Source: a virus (taxonomy: Duplodnaviria > Heunggongvirae > Uroviricota > Caudoviricetes). From it: 64,000 nucleotides of DNA. Below the pieces are notes generated by a model. The model was given only the letters and a program-made list of their open reading frames with translations, searched no databases and was not told the origin of the DNA. A program made the position numbers and the translations under genes. The stretch is taken from IMG/VR virus record IMGVR_UViG_3300035703_000003; one strand, written 5' to 3'. Position 1 is the first letter of the stretch. The number at the start of each line of letters is the position of its first letter. This document shows, piece by piece, positions 36,435-47,095 of the stretch.

Positions 36435-37465
36435 TTCATATTCCATTGATTGTAGAGTTGCTGGCTTGCTAGATTTTTCATCTTTGCTTCTACCATAATA
36501 TCGAATTCTTCCCAAAAAGTCAAGGCCCAATCGTTACATGCTGTATTCCAGCAATAGTCACTGTGGGCCCTTAGCTTCGCTTTTTTGTAACCTTCTTGGA
36601 GGAGCGTTTCGTAGTCTGGGCGTAGATTTGTTTTAGCTGTGGGAATAACGTCTTCACGGCTAATGCTATAATGAAGAACGGGCCTAATACCCCGCCAACT
36701 ATCAATAACTTTTCTAATACGTTCATCTGTTACCTCAATATACTCGCCTGTTTTAACCCAATGATGATGGATATCGACTACGAGTGCAACATCGTTCATT
36801 AGCTCTAAGCTAGCTTCGAGACCCCAACTGTTTTCGTCGTTTTCGATAGTGATACAGTTTCTTGCTTCTGGAGACAATCGTGGAAGGATGTTTTTGATAC
36901 CGGCTGGACCTCTTTTGCCGGAGATGTGGACGTTACACTTGAAGTCTTGCCAATTGCGACCGTAGCCCATCCACCTGATGATATCCGCATGATATTCAAA
37001 TTCCTCTAGTGAGTTTGCGACAATGCTGTCATTATCGGAAGCCAGAACGGTGAACTGCCCAGGGTGAAAAGACAAGCGAACATCAAGGCTACGTGCAATT
37101 TCGCCAACATACGAGTATTTTCGTTCGAGCCATGTTCGGACACTTTCTTGCCGATAAAAATAATCCCAATCACGGTGAGTATAAGCAGGAAGAAGACCTG
37201 AGCCAATACGAACCATACGTAGCTCGGGCTGTAGAGATCCAACATATCTGATTAGCCTTTCTAATGCTGCAACATTGTGTTCAATAATTTCTTGCAACCG
37301 CTGTTCTGCAACGTTGCGCTTTTGATTATTCAGCCAAGTGATAGTTGTAGTTTTTTCGTTATATGGTCGCTGAATATCTTCTAGTAGTTTAGACTTAAGA
37401 TTCTGGTTGTGATGCATATATTTACATGCAAATCCGATGCGCTTAGTCAACAGAGCTATCCTCAA
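36431..37465 (-). CDS. uvsE: UV damage endonuclease
   Basis: RIGFAC, SFHPGQF, IENDE, DIHHHW and AHSD motifs. Confidence 0.93.
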   Translation of the reverse strand: MRIALLTKRIGFACKYMHHNQNLKSKLLEDIQRPYNEKTTTITWLNNQKRNVAEQRLQEIIEHNVAALERLIRYVGSLQPELRMVRIGSGLLPAYTHRDWDYFYRQESVRTWLERKYSYVGEIARSLDVRLSFHPGQFTVLASDNDSIVANSLEEFEYHADIIRWMGYGRNWQDFKCNVHISGKRGPAGIKNILPRLSPEARNCITIENDENSWGLEASLELMNDVALVVDIHHHWVKTGEYIEVTDERIRKVIDSWRGIRPVLHYSISREDVIPTAKTNLRPDYETLLQEGYKKAKLRAHSDYCWNTACNDWALTFWEEFDIMVEAKMKNLASQQLYNQWNMK

Positions 37466-37519
37466 TATACTACGGTTACTTTATAAACATAGCATAAAAG
37501 ATAAGAAAGTCAACCTACT

Positions 37520-38074
37520 TCAAAATTTACTTGTGTTTTTACTATAGTAATCTACTAAGTCTTTATCGCTACGTTGCAAGTATCGTTTGTAACTTTCTGG
37601 TAAGTCATCCCATGGACGCATACATGGATGTGTTTTATTGGCGATGTCTAAATCTAAACCAAAGCGCCAACCTTTTTCCATTTGTTCAAGTATCCATGCA
37701 TTGTGTGCTTTTCTTGAAACTGCATCTAACAGTATATTTCTTGCTTCGTCATCCATTGAAATATCATATTCAAATGGAATTCCAAAGTTTGCATTTGCTT
37801 GATACACATTACTTGTTTCAATTTCAAAGTCATGTGTTGTAACACGCATATATCCTTCAACGATTTTCTCAGCTTCGTCTGCACTAAGATGTCTTACTAG
37901 AGGAATAATATATAGATATTTGTTTAGATGAATTCCTAGCATTAAGCTAGTAGTATCATCGTCTCCTGCTAATATGCCATCTGGTGCTAACAAGTTAACA
38001 GTGTAATACCACTTTTTAACTTCGTCTGCTTTTAACGGGCTGTCTGATCGTTGAAGGATATAAAAGTCTTGCAT
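37520..38074 (-). CDS. RyR-domain protein
   Basis: HNAW...GWRFG...KTHPCMRPWDDLPE. Confidence 0.75.
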   Translation of the reverse strand: MQDFYILQRSDSPLKADEVKKWYYTVNLLAPDGILAGDDDTTSLMLGIHLNKYLYIIPLVRHLSADEAEKIVEGYMRVTTHDFEIETSNVYQANANFGIPFEYDISMDDEARNILLDAVSRKAHNAWILEQMEKGWRFGLDLDIANKTHPCMRPWDDLPESYKRYLQRSDKDLVDYYSKNTSKF

Positions 38075-38089
38075 ATTGTTACTTATCTA

Positions 38090-38449
38090 TTAGGTTTCGT
38101 CGCTGCTTGATCTAGTGCTAGTGTATGCTTGTGAACCATAGAACGCTGCAACAATTGCTGCTACTGAAACGAAATATGTTGGTGCCATATCTCCTAATAT
38201 ACCAGGTGCTGCATCTAGTCCTAGCCAATTTGCTCCTATAACTGCCGCTGGATATAGTAGCATACCGAACAGTGCAAACCATGCCATGTTGCGTTGTGCA
38301 TCTTCACGCTTGTCTTGGTTTTCAATTTGTATCATTTTTTCCTGTGCTGCGATTTCAGAATCTGTAACCACACCATCACCGTCAACATCAAATGCTTCGT
38401 ATTTTGATCCTGACTCTAGTGTCTTTGGTCCTCTTGGTGCTCGTGCCAT
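38090..38449 (-). CDS. EF-hand plus 2-TM membrane protein (holin-like)
   Basis: DVDGDGVVTDSE loop followed by two TM helices. Confidence 0.7.
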   Translation of the reverse strand: MARAPRGPKTLESGSKYEAFDVDGDGVVTDSEIAAQEKMIQIENQDKREDAQRNMAWFALFGMLLYPAAVIGANWLGLDAAPGILGDMAPTYFVSVAAIVAAFYGSQAYTSTRSSSDET

Positions 38450-38504
38450 TGGGTGTCACTCCTTGTTTACTCTCTACTATATTTATTTGATTTACTGTAT
38501 ACAA

Positions 38505-38530
38505 TAAAAAAGGGCCCATACGAGCCCTTA
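38505..38530 (-). terminator. Intrinsic terminator
   Basis: AAGGGC/GCCCTT stem with U-tract. Confidence 0.7.
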
Positions 38531-38558
38531 ATTATGCGTTTTTACTGAATGCAGTAAA

Positions 38559-38891
38559 TTAGAATGTGTATGCTACAACTGTTGCTGCACTTGCATCATA
38601 GCTATTAGTTCCTACTGTAGAACCTAATGCTCTGATAGCAGTTTGTAATGCGGCTGCAGTCCAGCTACTAGTTTGTAACATTACACGGAAACCACCAGAG
38701 CTATCTTCTGCACCAACTGCAAGAATAGTTGCATCTTCATTGATAACTCTCATAATGTATTCCATAGCTTCGCCTGGATTTGTTTCATTTGCAAGTGTTG
38801 CACCGCCGTCGATTGTGTAGCACTGAATTTCGCCGCCAATGCCGTTGAAGTGTCCGAATGCAATTAAGTTATTAGGATTGCGTTCTACCAT
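38559..38891 (-). CDS. Small virion structural protein (paralog A)
   Basis: ALQTAIRALG motif, late promoter, AGGAG RBS. Confidence 0.75.
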   Translation of the reverse strand: MVERNPNNLIAFGHFNGIGGEIQCYTIDGGATLANETNPGEAMEYIMRVINEDATILAVGAEDSSGGFRVMLQTSSWTAAALQTAIRALGSTVGTNSYDASAATVVAYTF

Positions 38892-38922
38892 AATATATCT
38901 CCTTTAATATATTTATTGAAAT

Positions 38923-38951
38923 AAAAAAAGCCCCGCATGAAGCGAGGCTTT
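38923..38951 (-). terminator. Intrinsic terminator
   Basis: AAAGCCTCGC/GCGGGGCTTT stem with U-tract. Confidence 0.75.
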
Positions 38952-38973
38952 AGTATTTTTACTAATTTAGATA

Positions 38974-39330
38974 TTAGCTAACTGCTGCCGCTGTTAGGAT
39001 ACCTAGTTTAGTTGCAGTTACAGTTGCACCCGATAGGTCAACGCTGTCGTATGTACCTAGTGCTCTGATCGCAGTTTGTAGTGCAGTAAGTTCTGTTGAT
39101 GACATATCACGCTCTACAGCAAATGTTTGCTGGGTGTTAGTGTCTACAAGTGGACCTGCTGCGATGATTGTAGCAACGTTCATAATAGTGTTTAGAACTG
39201 CTACTTGTGCGCCTTCTGGACCTGCAGAACCGTTGATTGCGTTAATGTAGTCAACTGTGAAGAATGTGATTTCCTTACCAATTACTTCATAGTTAGTTGT
39301 AGTTGCTGTTGGGTTTACTTTAGTAACCAT
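38974..39330 (-). CDS. Small virion structural protein (paralog B)
   Basis: ALQTAIRALG motif, late promoter, own terminator. Confidence 0.75.
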   Translation of the reverse strand: MVTKVNPTATTTNYEVIGKEITFFTVDYINAINGSAGPEGAQVAVLNTIMNVATIIAAGPLVDTNTQQTFAVERDMSSTELTALQTAIRALGTYDSVDLSGATVTATKLGILTAAAVS

Positions 39331-39382
39331 AATTTAATCTCCTAAGATATGTTTGCGCTGTGCGCTTATATTTATTTATCAT

Positions 39383-41326
39383 TTACTGATGATTTATGCT
39401 AGTTGTCTTTACAAAAGCAGTCCATCTGACAGATTCGCCAGATTCACCTGTTACTTTTACCACAATAGTATCATTAGTATTGTCCGCTTCGACTACTACA
39501 CTCCAAGTATTATCTACTTGTGCAAAGATAGTTTGATTGTTTGTGTTTACTAATACAGTGTTATTACTAGTTTTATCCATAACACCCTGAATCTTAATAA
39601 CTGAATGTTTTGTTCCTGTGATATTTCTTCCGATAATATCTACTTCAAACATCATAGTTGAATTGTTAGCTAATGTTATTCTTGTGCTTGATGGATCTAA
39701 AAATAATTCTCTTTGTGTTCCGTTTGATGTGCTACCATATAGCACATGCATTGAATGCTCTATTAATGCAGCACTAGGATTTGTTAAAATTATTTCGCTT
39801 GTATTAAAGGTTGCATTTCCGCTAACAGTTAACGACCCGTTAGTATCTAAGTTTGTAGAAAATACAGTATCCCAACGCTTTAGCGATGAACCTAAACTAT
39901 AAGTTGATGTCGAGTCTGGCGTTATGTTGCTAGAAATATCAGCGTTAACAGTAATATTATCACTTGTATCGCTACCTAATATAACATCTCCACTAAATGT
40001 AGCAGTATTTGTTACGTCAAGCGTTCCAGTGACACTAGCATTAGCTACTCGAATGTTTGCATCAGTAAGAGTTAAGTTTCCGCTTGAACTACCAGTAAAT
40101 GTGCCAGTTCCGATGGTAAACACGTCGGCACTTTCGTCCCAACCGAAGAATACATTATTCTCGTCGCCACGCTCAATAATAACACCACTATCGCCGCCGG
40201 GTGCGCCTGTTGTGCCGGTAGCCAACTCGATTAGTTTATCAGACACTGTCATATTAGTTGTATTGATAATAGTAGCAGTTCCGCTTACAGTAAGATCACC
40301 TGCAACAGAAATGTTACCGCCAACTGTTAAGTTATCGCCAATACCAACACCTCCCGCAACTACAATTGCACCAGTGATTGCACTACTACTATTAGTATTG
40401 TCAGTAACGTTTATTGTTGAATTAAATTCTGTTGGGTTGTTAAATGTTTGTTCGGCATTAAATGTTTTTTCGCCAGTAATAGTTTGTGCAGTATCAAGTG
40501 TTACAAAGTTTCCTGATAAGTTGGTTACTGCACCACCTTGGAAATAAATTGCTTTAGATGAACTTAGTTTAAAGAAAGCCGGAACAACTCGTTGACCAGA
40601 TGTTGGCGCAGTAGTTGTTAGTTTTCCTGGATTTGCATTATCCCAATAAAAATATGGACCAGCACCTGCAAGTGCAAGGTCTACAATGCTTCCGGTAGGT
40701 CTATATCTAAAACTGCCAGTAATAGGATTGTCAATTTCAGTTACAGTTCCTACCCATATTGCATTTGTAGTTAGCAACTGGTAAGTGCTAGTTCCGGTAT
40801 TGTATGTAATTAAATCGCCTACTACAAATGAATGTGCTTGTGTAACATCAATCAGTTTACTTTGTCTTAAGTATTCAAATCTGCTTTGTATTTCACTAGC
40901 ATAATCTTTAATAAAGCCCACTACTTCGGTGCTTTGATCGCCATATGGAAATAGTATAGGCTTGCCTTCGATTACTTCAAATACAACACCAGTGTTGCTA
41001 GTAATATATGCATCACTGTTACCAGTCGGGTCTTGCTGTTGATTTTGTCTAAACTCGTCTTCTACAGTAACTGATGCTGCACTTGTGCTTTGACTTGCAA
41101 TCGCAACAATTTTCATTATACGACCACCGGGCTCTGTTGCTACATAATCACCTACATTAAGATCGGTTAAATCATACATGCCACCTAAACTTGCATCGCT
41201 ATGTATTTGTGGGTTAACCATTGTAAGAGAACCAGTAAACTGGTATATCTTACCGTCAACATCTGCAGCTTGCGGTGTTCCTAATGCAAAGTGGATTGGT
41301 AATAATTTCGCTGGTCTTATTAACAT
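39383..41326 (-). CDS. Tail fibre/virion structural protein
   Basis: GAIVVAGGVGIG, GDLTVSGT and YSLGSSLKRW fibre-type motifs. Confidence 0.75.
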   Translation of the reverse strand: MLIRPAKLLPIHFALGTPQAADVDGKIYQFTGSLTMVNPQIHSDASLGGMYDLTDLNVGDYVATEPGGRIMKIVAIASQSTSAASVTVEDEFRQNQQQDPTGNSDAYITSNTGVVFEVIEGKPILFPYGDQSTEVVGFIKDYASEIQSRFEYLRQSKLIDVTQAHSFVVGDLITYNTGTSTYQLLTTNAIWVGTVTEIDNPITGSFRYRPTGSIVDLALAGAGPYFYWDNANPGKLTTTAPTSGQRVVPAFFKLSSSKAIYFQGGAVTNLSGNFVTLDTAQTITGEKTFNAEQTFNNPTEFNSTINVTDNTNSSSAITGAIVVAGGVGIGDNLTVGGNISVAGDLTVSGTATIINTTNMTVSDKLIELATGTTGAPGGDSGVIIERGDENNVFFGWDESADVFTIGTGTFTGSSSGNLTLTDANIRVANASVTGTLDVTNTATFSGDVILGSDTSDNITVNADISSNITPDSTSTYSLGSSLKRWDTVFSTNLDTNGSLTVSGNATFNTSEIILTNPSAALIEHSMHVLYGSTSNGTQRELFLDPSSTRITLANNSTMMFEVDIIGRNITGTKHSVIKIQGVMDKTSNNTVLVNTNNQTIFAQVDNTWSVVVEADNTNDTIVVKVTGESGESVRWTAFVKTTSINHQ

Positions 41327-41327
41327 A

Positions 41328-42263
41328 TTAGAATATCACATTTACTTTTGCACTACCATTCGGGTCAGCGCCTGTTGCAGTTGAGTTAACATTTAGTTTG
41401 AATCGTGTTGTTTCGAAACCCTCTGGCACGGTGGCTTGGAAACCACTAGTAGGAAATCTTAACTGCCATCCATTTGTTGGATCAGACCCCCAATAACTAA
41501 TATTTTTGACCATAACACCTGCAGTATGTGTTATAGTAATGTTATTACCTGATACTGAAGAAGACCACCCTGTCGGCAATCCAGACACAGAAGATACATT
41601 GCCGCTGCCGTCAAAGCCGATTGTAAACTGATATGTAAAGCCTGTGTTTGGCGCACTGCCTGTTGCTATAGTTACTTCGGTGCTAGAGGATGTAATAGTA
41701 ACATTTGATCCTGCAACTAGACTTTTGAATTGTAAGTCGTATGTGCTTTTTTGGGCAAATAATCCAGTCCCAGTTCCTACATTGCTTGCAGTGTTGATTT
41801 CTGCAGTATTGACAAATTCAACTTCGTTGCCTGTTCCGCTTGCAGAGATTGTAAGATTAATATTGCCTGTTCCGGCTTTTAAAGATCGTAGCTGTATATT
41901 GTCGCCAGACTTACTAGTAAAAATTCCGGTTCCGGTTCCGATGTTTACTGCACTTGTATTTGCACCGCTTGTTGCTACTGTGATACCAGTTGCGCTCTGA
42001 GTTAGTGTAATACCGGCACCTGCAACTAGTGTTCTGAATTCTAAGTTGCCATTTGTTTCTTGTTTGAATACTTCATAACCTGCACCTAAGTTAGATGCAC
42101 TTAAAACAAATCCTGCACCTGATAATGTTAGTGCTTGATTTTCAAACTTACCAGTTGTTGCATTATATTGTAATATCTGGTCTTGTGCGAGTGTTGTTTG
42201 ATCTATGTCTACTAACGGTATCAGTAGATTTCTGAGTGTAGAACTTTGTGCATAAATGGGCAT
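41328..42263 (-). CDS. Virion structural protein (fibre-like repeats)
   Basis: Three repeats N[LIV]GxG...[FL][RK][ST]LxAG. Confidence 0.75.
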   Translation of the reverse strand: MPIYAQSSTLRNLLIPLVDIDQTTLAQDQILQYNATTGKFENQALTLSGAGFVLSASNLGAGYEVFKQETNGNLEFRTLVAGAGITLTQSATGITVATSGANTSAVNIGTGTGIFTSKSGDNIQLRSLKAGTGNINLTISASGTGNEVEFVNTAEINTASNVGTGTGLFAQKSTYDLQFKSLVAGSNVTITSSSTEVTIATGSAPNTGFTYQFTIGFDGSGNVSSVSGLPTGWSSSVSGNNITITHTAGVMVKNISYWGSDPTNGWQLRFPTSGFQATVPEGFETTRFKLNVNSTATGADPNGSAKVNVIF

Positions 42264-42297
42264 ATCTGTTTCCTAAACATTTACTGTTGTTATACAG

Positions 42298-42305
42298 TAT
42301 TTATA
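42298..42305 (-). promoter_or_regulatory. T4-type late promoter TATAAATA
   Basis: Exact match overlapping a stop codon. Confidence 0.65.
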
Positions 42306-42714
42306 GGTTTAGGAGGATCTTTTCTACCGTGCCGTGTTCTGAACTAACATATTGTGACGGTGTTGGATCAATATAACTACGATCTACTCTTGCTCTGATC
42401 CACAGTAAATTTGCACGGAATGTCCATGCTTCGGTGATAGTGTCACCTATACCGCCTGCGCCGCTAGGGGTATTTGTTACTGGATATTGTTTAAAACTAT
42501 TACCACTAGTTAAGTAGATAGGAAACCAGTCTGCCGCAGTTGGATCTGTTGCAAGACTGGCTTCAATGTGAATACGACCTACAAAATTGTTAACAGTTAC
42601 ACTAACAGTGTGAACACCGTCAGTCTTGCCATAATAGCCATCAGCTTTAACTGCTTCTCCGCTATAGCTGAGACTACTTTGATTTGTTAATAACGTTACG
42701 CTTGTTGCACTCAT
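42301..42714 (-). CDS. Putative structural protein
   Basis: Beta-rich; sits in a late structural operon. Confidence 0.7.
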   Translation of the reverse strand: MSATSVTLLTNQSSLSYSGEAVKADGYYGKTDGVHTVSVTVNNFVGRIHIEASLATDPTAADWFPIYLTSGNSFKQYPVTNTPSGAGGIGDTITEAWTFRANLLWIRARVDRSYIDPTPSQYVSSEHGTVEKILLNL

Positions 42715-42875
42715 TCTTTTATAATTTCTACTAACTTGCCTGGTCCAACTAATTCTTGAACAACTGCTTCAATACTATTTATTGTATCAGCGTCAAGAAT
42801 TAAAGTTGCTTCCTGCTCGTCACGTAGTAATTCACTTACTTTTATAACTACCATACTTGTATTAAGTTTAGCCAT
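42711..42875 (-). CDS. Small hypothetical protein (54 aa)
   Basis: Not in the track. MAKLNTSMVVIKVSEL..., AGGAG RBS, upstream TAAATA. Confidence 0.7.
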   Translation of the reverse strand: MAKLNTSMVVIKVSELLRDEQEATLILDADTINSIEAVVQELVGPGKLVEIIKE

Positions 42876-42902
42876 GCTATACTCCTATTATAGTAGTATT
42901 TA

Positions 42903-43601
42903 TTACGCTTCGCTAAACAATTCGACTTTTGTGGTTTTACGAATATCGTTTTTGTATATCATATGTATTGTGCATAAGTCTTCGTAATTTTTCAAATAAA
43001 CAGATGCAGCTATACGCCAAGGCATGTAAGCAGAACCAAATATACTAACAGGTGAGGATTGTGAGGATTTAAAATAATAATCGTATGATGAAAACCCGTT
43101 ACTGAACTTATAACTTCCTTCTTCAAAGTTCTCTGTTATAAAGTCTCTGAAGTTGTCAATAAAATCCATACCTTCTGATCGATAACAAACTATATCTACT
43201 TTATATCTATACAAGTTATAGTATAATTTATTTTTATAGATAACATTAATGTCTGCTAACATTGTGTCTTGTTGTTTTTCAGACATAGGTCCAGTGATAT
43301 GTTCGACAAAATTCCAACCCACTTCATTGGCAATTTTAAATACATCGTCGGCAGTTTTCAAATAAACGTTAAAGTATGTATCTGATCTTATCCTATATTC
43401 TATACCTGCAGATTTTTTCATAAACTTTCGCAATTGGCGCTGCATCTTAATAATATCATCGTTTGCAACACCAATACGACCGCCGTCCACTATCCAATAG
43501 CCAGACAAACTAAGCCTGTATGGGAATTTATTATACCAGACCTCTTGCGAGATCTGGTAATTTTTATGTGTCTTAAGATGTTCTAACGCAGAGTGTGTCA
43601 T
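42903..43601 (-). CDS. Hypothetical protein (internally duplicated)
   Basis: Two similar halves (YNKFPYRL/YNLYRYKV; VYLK twice). Confidence 0.7.
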   Translation of the reverse strand: MTHSALEHLKTHKNYQISQEVWYNKFPYRLSLSGYWIVDGGRIGVANDDIIKMQRQLRKFMKKSAGIEYRIRSDTYFNVYLKTADDVFKIANEVGWNFVEHITGPMSEKQQDTMLADINVIYKNKLYYNLYRYKVDIVCYRSEGMDFIDNFRDFITENFEEGSYKFSNGFSSYDYYFKSSQSSPVSIFGSAYMPWRIAASVYLKNYEDLCTIHMIYKNDIRKTTKVELFSEA

Positions 43602-45810
43602 TTTCTAGGACCAATTGAACTGTTGTAATATTGTCACCAAACAGTAATTCTTTAGCAAGCGGCTTTTTAACTTTTTCGTTAATTAACCGGGCCATTGGTC
43701 TAGCGCCCATACTTTCAGTGAACCCATTGGTAGTAAGCCATTCGAGAGCATCTTCATCGAATGTAAATTCAATGTTACGTGGCTTAAGCATATCGTCTAG
43801 TTCCTTTAAGAACTTAATGGTTACATTATGCATTAGCTCTTTGTCTAGTTTGCGGAATGTAACAATTGCATCGAGACGATTACGGAATTCTGGACTAAAG
43901 AAACGTTTTACTGCTTCGTCACTTGCAGACGTATTTGTGTTGTTTCCAAATCCAATAGTGTTACGTTCTGCATCACGGGCACCTAGGTTACTAGTAAGGA
44001 TAAGAATAGTGTTTCTTGCACTTACTGTTTTACCTTCACTGTTAGTAATCATACCGTTATCCATAAGTTGTAGCAACACATTGCTTACGTCTGGATGTGC
44101 TTTTTCAATCTCATCTAGCAGTAGAATACAGTTTGGATTTTCTTCTAGTTTGTTTACAAGAAGACCACTACCTTGACCACCTTCGCCATAACCTACATAC
44201 CCAGGAGGTGCACCGATTAGTTTAGCAACAGTGTGCCGCTCTTGATACTCGCTCATATCGAAACGAACAAGAGGCATAGTCATTGCTGTACTAAGTTGTT
44301 TTGCAGTTTCAGTTTTACCTACACCGGTTGGGCCTGTAAATAGGAAACAACCGATTGGCTTGTTAGGATCTTTAAGTCCTGCTTTTGCAATATAGATAGC
44401 ATCTGCAAGTCTTGTTAGTGCTTCATCTTGACCAAACACTTTTGTTTTAAGTGTAGCTTCAATATTGATAGGCTTTTCTTTTTTGTATTCGCTGTCTTTG
44501 GTAAGAACAAGCTGGTCAACAGGAATACGTGTTAGTTTGGCTACTTCAAAACGAATATCATCTAGTTCGAGAACATGCTTACGCTTATCCATCGGCAATA
44601 GCTTTTGTCTAGCTGCGGCTGCATCAAGAGCATCAAATGCCTTATCGGGTAATTGCCTGTTGTGCCAATATTGATGTGTAAGATCTACAGCACCGTGCAA
44701 TGCATCTTTTGTGTATGTGATTTCGTGGAATAGTTCGTATGACGGAATAGCATTTTCTACAATACGTTTTGCATCTGCTACACTTGGCTCGGGCACATCG
44801 ACTTTGTAAAAACGTCTTACAAGGGCCTTGTCCTTCTCGAAGTGTTCACGATACTCGTCGTATGTAGTAGACCCAATGCAACGTAGCTTACCCTTTTGTA
44901 GGGCAGGTTTGAGTAGGTTTGCAACGTCCATGTTGCCGCCGCCTGCACTACCTGCACCCATAATCATATGAATTTCGTCGATAAACAAAATTGCATCGTC
45001 ACGGTTTTCTAGAACGTCTAGCACTTCTTTAATACGTTCTTCGAAGTCTCCACGGAATTTTGTGCCTGCTAGTAATGCACCAATGTCTAGTCCGTAAATT
45101 GTGTGATCTTTAATAACATCAGGAACATTGTCCTCATTGATAAGATGTGCAAGACCTTCGACAATTGCAGTTTTGCCTACACCGCTTTCGCCAACAAGAA
45201 TGACGTTATTCTTTTTACGACGAGCAATAGTCTGGACTAGTTGTTCTAATTCATTTTCACGACCAATAATCGGATCAACAATACCATCTGCAGCTTGCTC
45301 GTTTAAGTTAACGCAAAATTTACGTAGCAGTCGATCACCTTTAATCGGCTTTGCTTTTAAGTCAACTTCGTCTGCAGTAGGTTTGTGTGTATCGCTAATA
45401 TAACCCACAAGCGAGTCACGATTAATGCCATAGTTGCCTAATAGGTAAACTGCAGGGCTACTCGACTCACTCAAAATGCTGATAAGCAAATCACGTGGAT
45501 CTAGTTTTTGCCTTCCGTTAAACAGTGCTTGTGTGAATGCACGATTGAATACACGCTCTAGCATAACTGTTTTTTTTGGCTGAACGTTTTCTTCGTTAGG
45601 TAAACTATCTACTTCATTTTCTAGGTAGGTTGTTAATGCAGTTAGAATTACTGATGCATCTTGATTAAAATCTGCCAAGATATCTTGAACTTCATCTGTA
45701 TCTAGCAAGATTGCAAGCAAGTGTTCTAACGTAACATATTCGTGTTTTAGGTCTTTTGATAGAGCAAATATACGTTCTACGAGTTGTTCAATTTTGTCAT
45801 TTTGCGACAT
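43573..45810 (-). CDS. clpA: ATP-dependent Clp protease ATP-binding subunit ClpA
   Basis: Two AAA domains (GESGVGKT, GPTGVGKT), IGF loop, no ClpB M-domain. Confidence 0.92.
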   Translation of the reverse strand: MSQNDKIEQLVERIFALSKDLKHEYVTLEHLLAILLDTDEVQDILADFNQDASVILTALTTYLENEVDSLPNEENVQPKKTVMLERVFNRAFTQALFNGRQKLDPRDLLISILSESSSPAVYLLGNYGINRDSLVGYISDTHKPTADEVDLKAKPIKGDRLLRKFCVNLNEQAADGIVDPIIGRENELEQLVQTIARRKKNNVILVGESGVGKTAIVEGLAHLINEDNVPDVIKDHTIYGLDIGALLAGTKFRGDFEERIKEVLDVLENRDDAILFIDEIHMIMGAGSAGGGNMDVANLLKPALQKGKLRCIGSTTYDEYREHFEKDKALVRRFYKVDVPEPSVADAKRIVENAIPSYELFHEITYTKDALHGAVDLTHQYWHNRQLPDKAFDALDAAAARQKLLPMDKRKHVLELDDIRFEVAKLTRIPVDQLVLTKDSEYKKEKPINIEATLKTKVFGQDEALTRLADAIYIAKAGLKDPNKPIGCFLFTGPTGVGKTETAKQLSTAMTMPLVRFDMSEYQERHTVAKLIGAPPGYVGYGEGGQGSGLLVNKLEENPNCILLLDEIEKAHPDVSNVLLQLMDNGMITNSEGKTVSARNTILILTSNLGARDAERNTIGFGNNTNTSASDEAVKRFFSPEFRNRLDAIVTFRKLDKELMHNVTIKFLKELDDMLKPRNIEFTFDEDALEWLTTNGFTESMGARPMARLINEKVKKPLAKELLFGDNITTVQLVLENDTLCVRTS

Positions 45811-45869
45811 ACTGTTGTTACCTTAAAGTTATAATATTTCTATAATAAACTATATGCAGTAGATGTCAA

Positions 45870-46700
45870 TTAGTTAAAAACATCACGCAAAGTTTTATCT
45901 AAGTCTTCTTCTGTTAAGCTAGGTATAATAACACTAACTTCTATATATAGATTTCCGTTGGGACTATTGCGTTGAGGCAAGCCGCCCTCTGGTATTCTAA
46001 GTCGTGTTCCTGTCTGTGTTCCTGATTTTATATGTAGTTTTAGTTGACGGTTGTCAAGTGTATCTACCACTTTTTCTGTTCCCAACATTGCTTCTTTTAG
46101 CGAAAGTCGGATTGGTAGAACTACATTGTATTCTTCTACTCTGAATTTTGCATGTGACTTAATTTGAAACGTAACTACAAGGTTACCTGGTTTACCTTGG
46201 TAAGTGTTATCACCAAACCCTTGATATCTTATTTGTGTTCCGTGAGTAACGCCCTTAGGTATTTCGATAGTTACTGCCCTTTGTGTTCCGTTTGGTAGAT
46301 TTATGTTTAGGTTTTTCTTAGCGCAGTTGAACACATCTTCTAAATCCACACTGTATGTAATATTTATATCTTGGTTACGTGAATTCTGTTTAAAATCAGT
46401 AAAAGGATTTCTGCCACCAAAGTGTTGTGCAAACAAGTCATTAAAATTTGCAAACGGGTCTGCGTCGGGACGCCTTGATTGATAGTTGCGAAATGCTTGT
46501 TCGGACGCTTGTTCTTCGTTGAACTTTTCTCTAGCATTAGCATCTTTGATACTATCATATGCTCCGTTTATTTCTGCAAACTTTTCGTGAGATCCTCCTT
46601 TATCAGGATGATACTCTTTTGCAAGTTTACGATAGGCAGCTTTAATTTCAGCATCAGACGAAGTCTTGCTAACGCCCAATACGCTATATGGATCGGTCAT
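45870..46700 (-). CDS. DnaJ-class co-chaperone (type II, CbpA-like)
   Basis: J-domain HPD, G/F region and C-terminal domain; no Zn finger. Confidence 0.92.
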   Translation of the reverse strand: MTDPYSVLGVSKTSSDAEIKAAYRKLAKEYHPDKGGSHEKFAEINGAYDSIKDANAREKFNEEQASEQAFRNYQSRRPDADPFANFNDLFAQHFGGRNPFTDFKQNSRNQDINITYSVDLEDVFNCAKKNLNINLPNGTQRAVTIEIPKGVTHGTQIRYQGFGDNTYQGKPGNLVVTFQIKSHAKFRVEEYNVVLPIRLSLKEAMLGTEKVVDTLDNRQLKLHIKSGTQTGTRLRIPEGGLPQRNSPNGNLYIEVSVIIPSLTEEDLDKTLRDVFN

Positions 46701-47095
46701 TGAGTAACGGTGTCGTTGAATTCTTGAATTGCTTGATCTGCGTTTTTGTAATAGTTTTCGTATGCAATAATAATTGCTTGTTGTTGTTGAACTAACGCTC
46801 TAATATCGCTAATGTTTAGCCCTAAGTTTTCATAACCTTCACCTGTTAGAACAAACATTGCTAGTGGTTTGCCGCCTGCAGTGAGTTCTGCAAGTTTAGC
46901 ATCGAGATTATCTTTGTTAATGATAATCCAGTTTACTTCACGTAAACGCAACTCGTCTACCGGAGGCAACGTTAGTTCTGGTTTGTCAATAGGCTTTGCG
47001 CTGACTTCAATTACTTGGGGTTGGAGTCGGTTGCATGCCACTAGTGTTAGGACCAGGCCAAAGCCAAGGACACTCTTTGTTAAAACTTTCGCCAT
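46697..47095 (-). CDS. Outer-membrane spanin (lipoprotein, Rz1-like)
   Basis: Lipobox LVAC, Pro-rich segment, overlaps the i-spanin 3' end. Confidence 0.7.
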   Translation of the reverse strand: MAKVLTKSVLGFGLVLTLVACNRLQPQVIEVSAKPIDKPELTLPPVDELRLREVNWIIINKDNLDAKLAELTAGGKPLAMFVLTGEGYENLGLNISDIRALVQQQQAIIIAYENYYKNADQAIQEFNDTVTQ

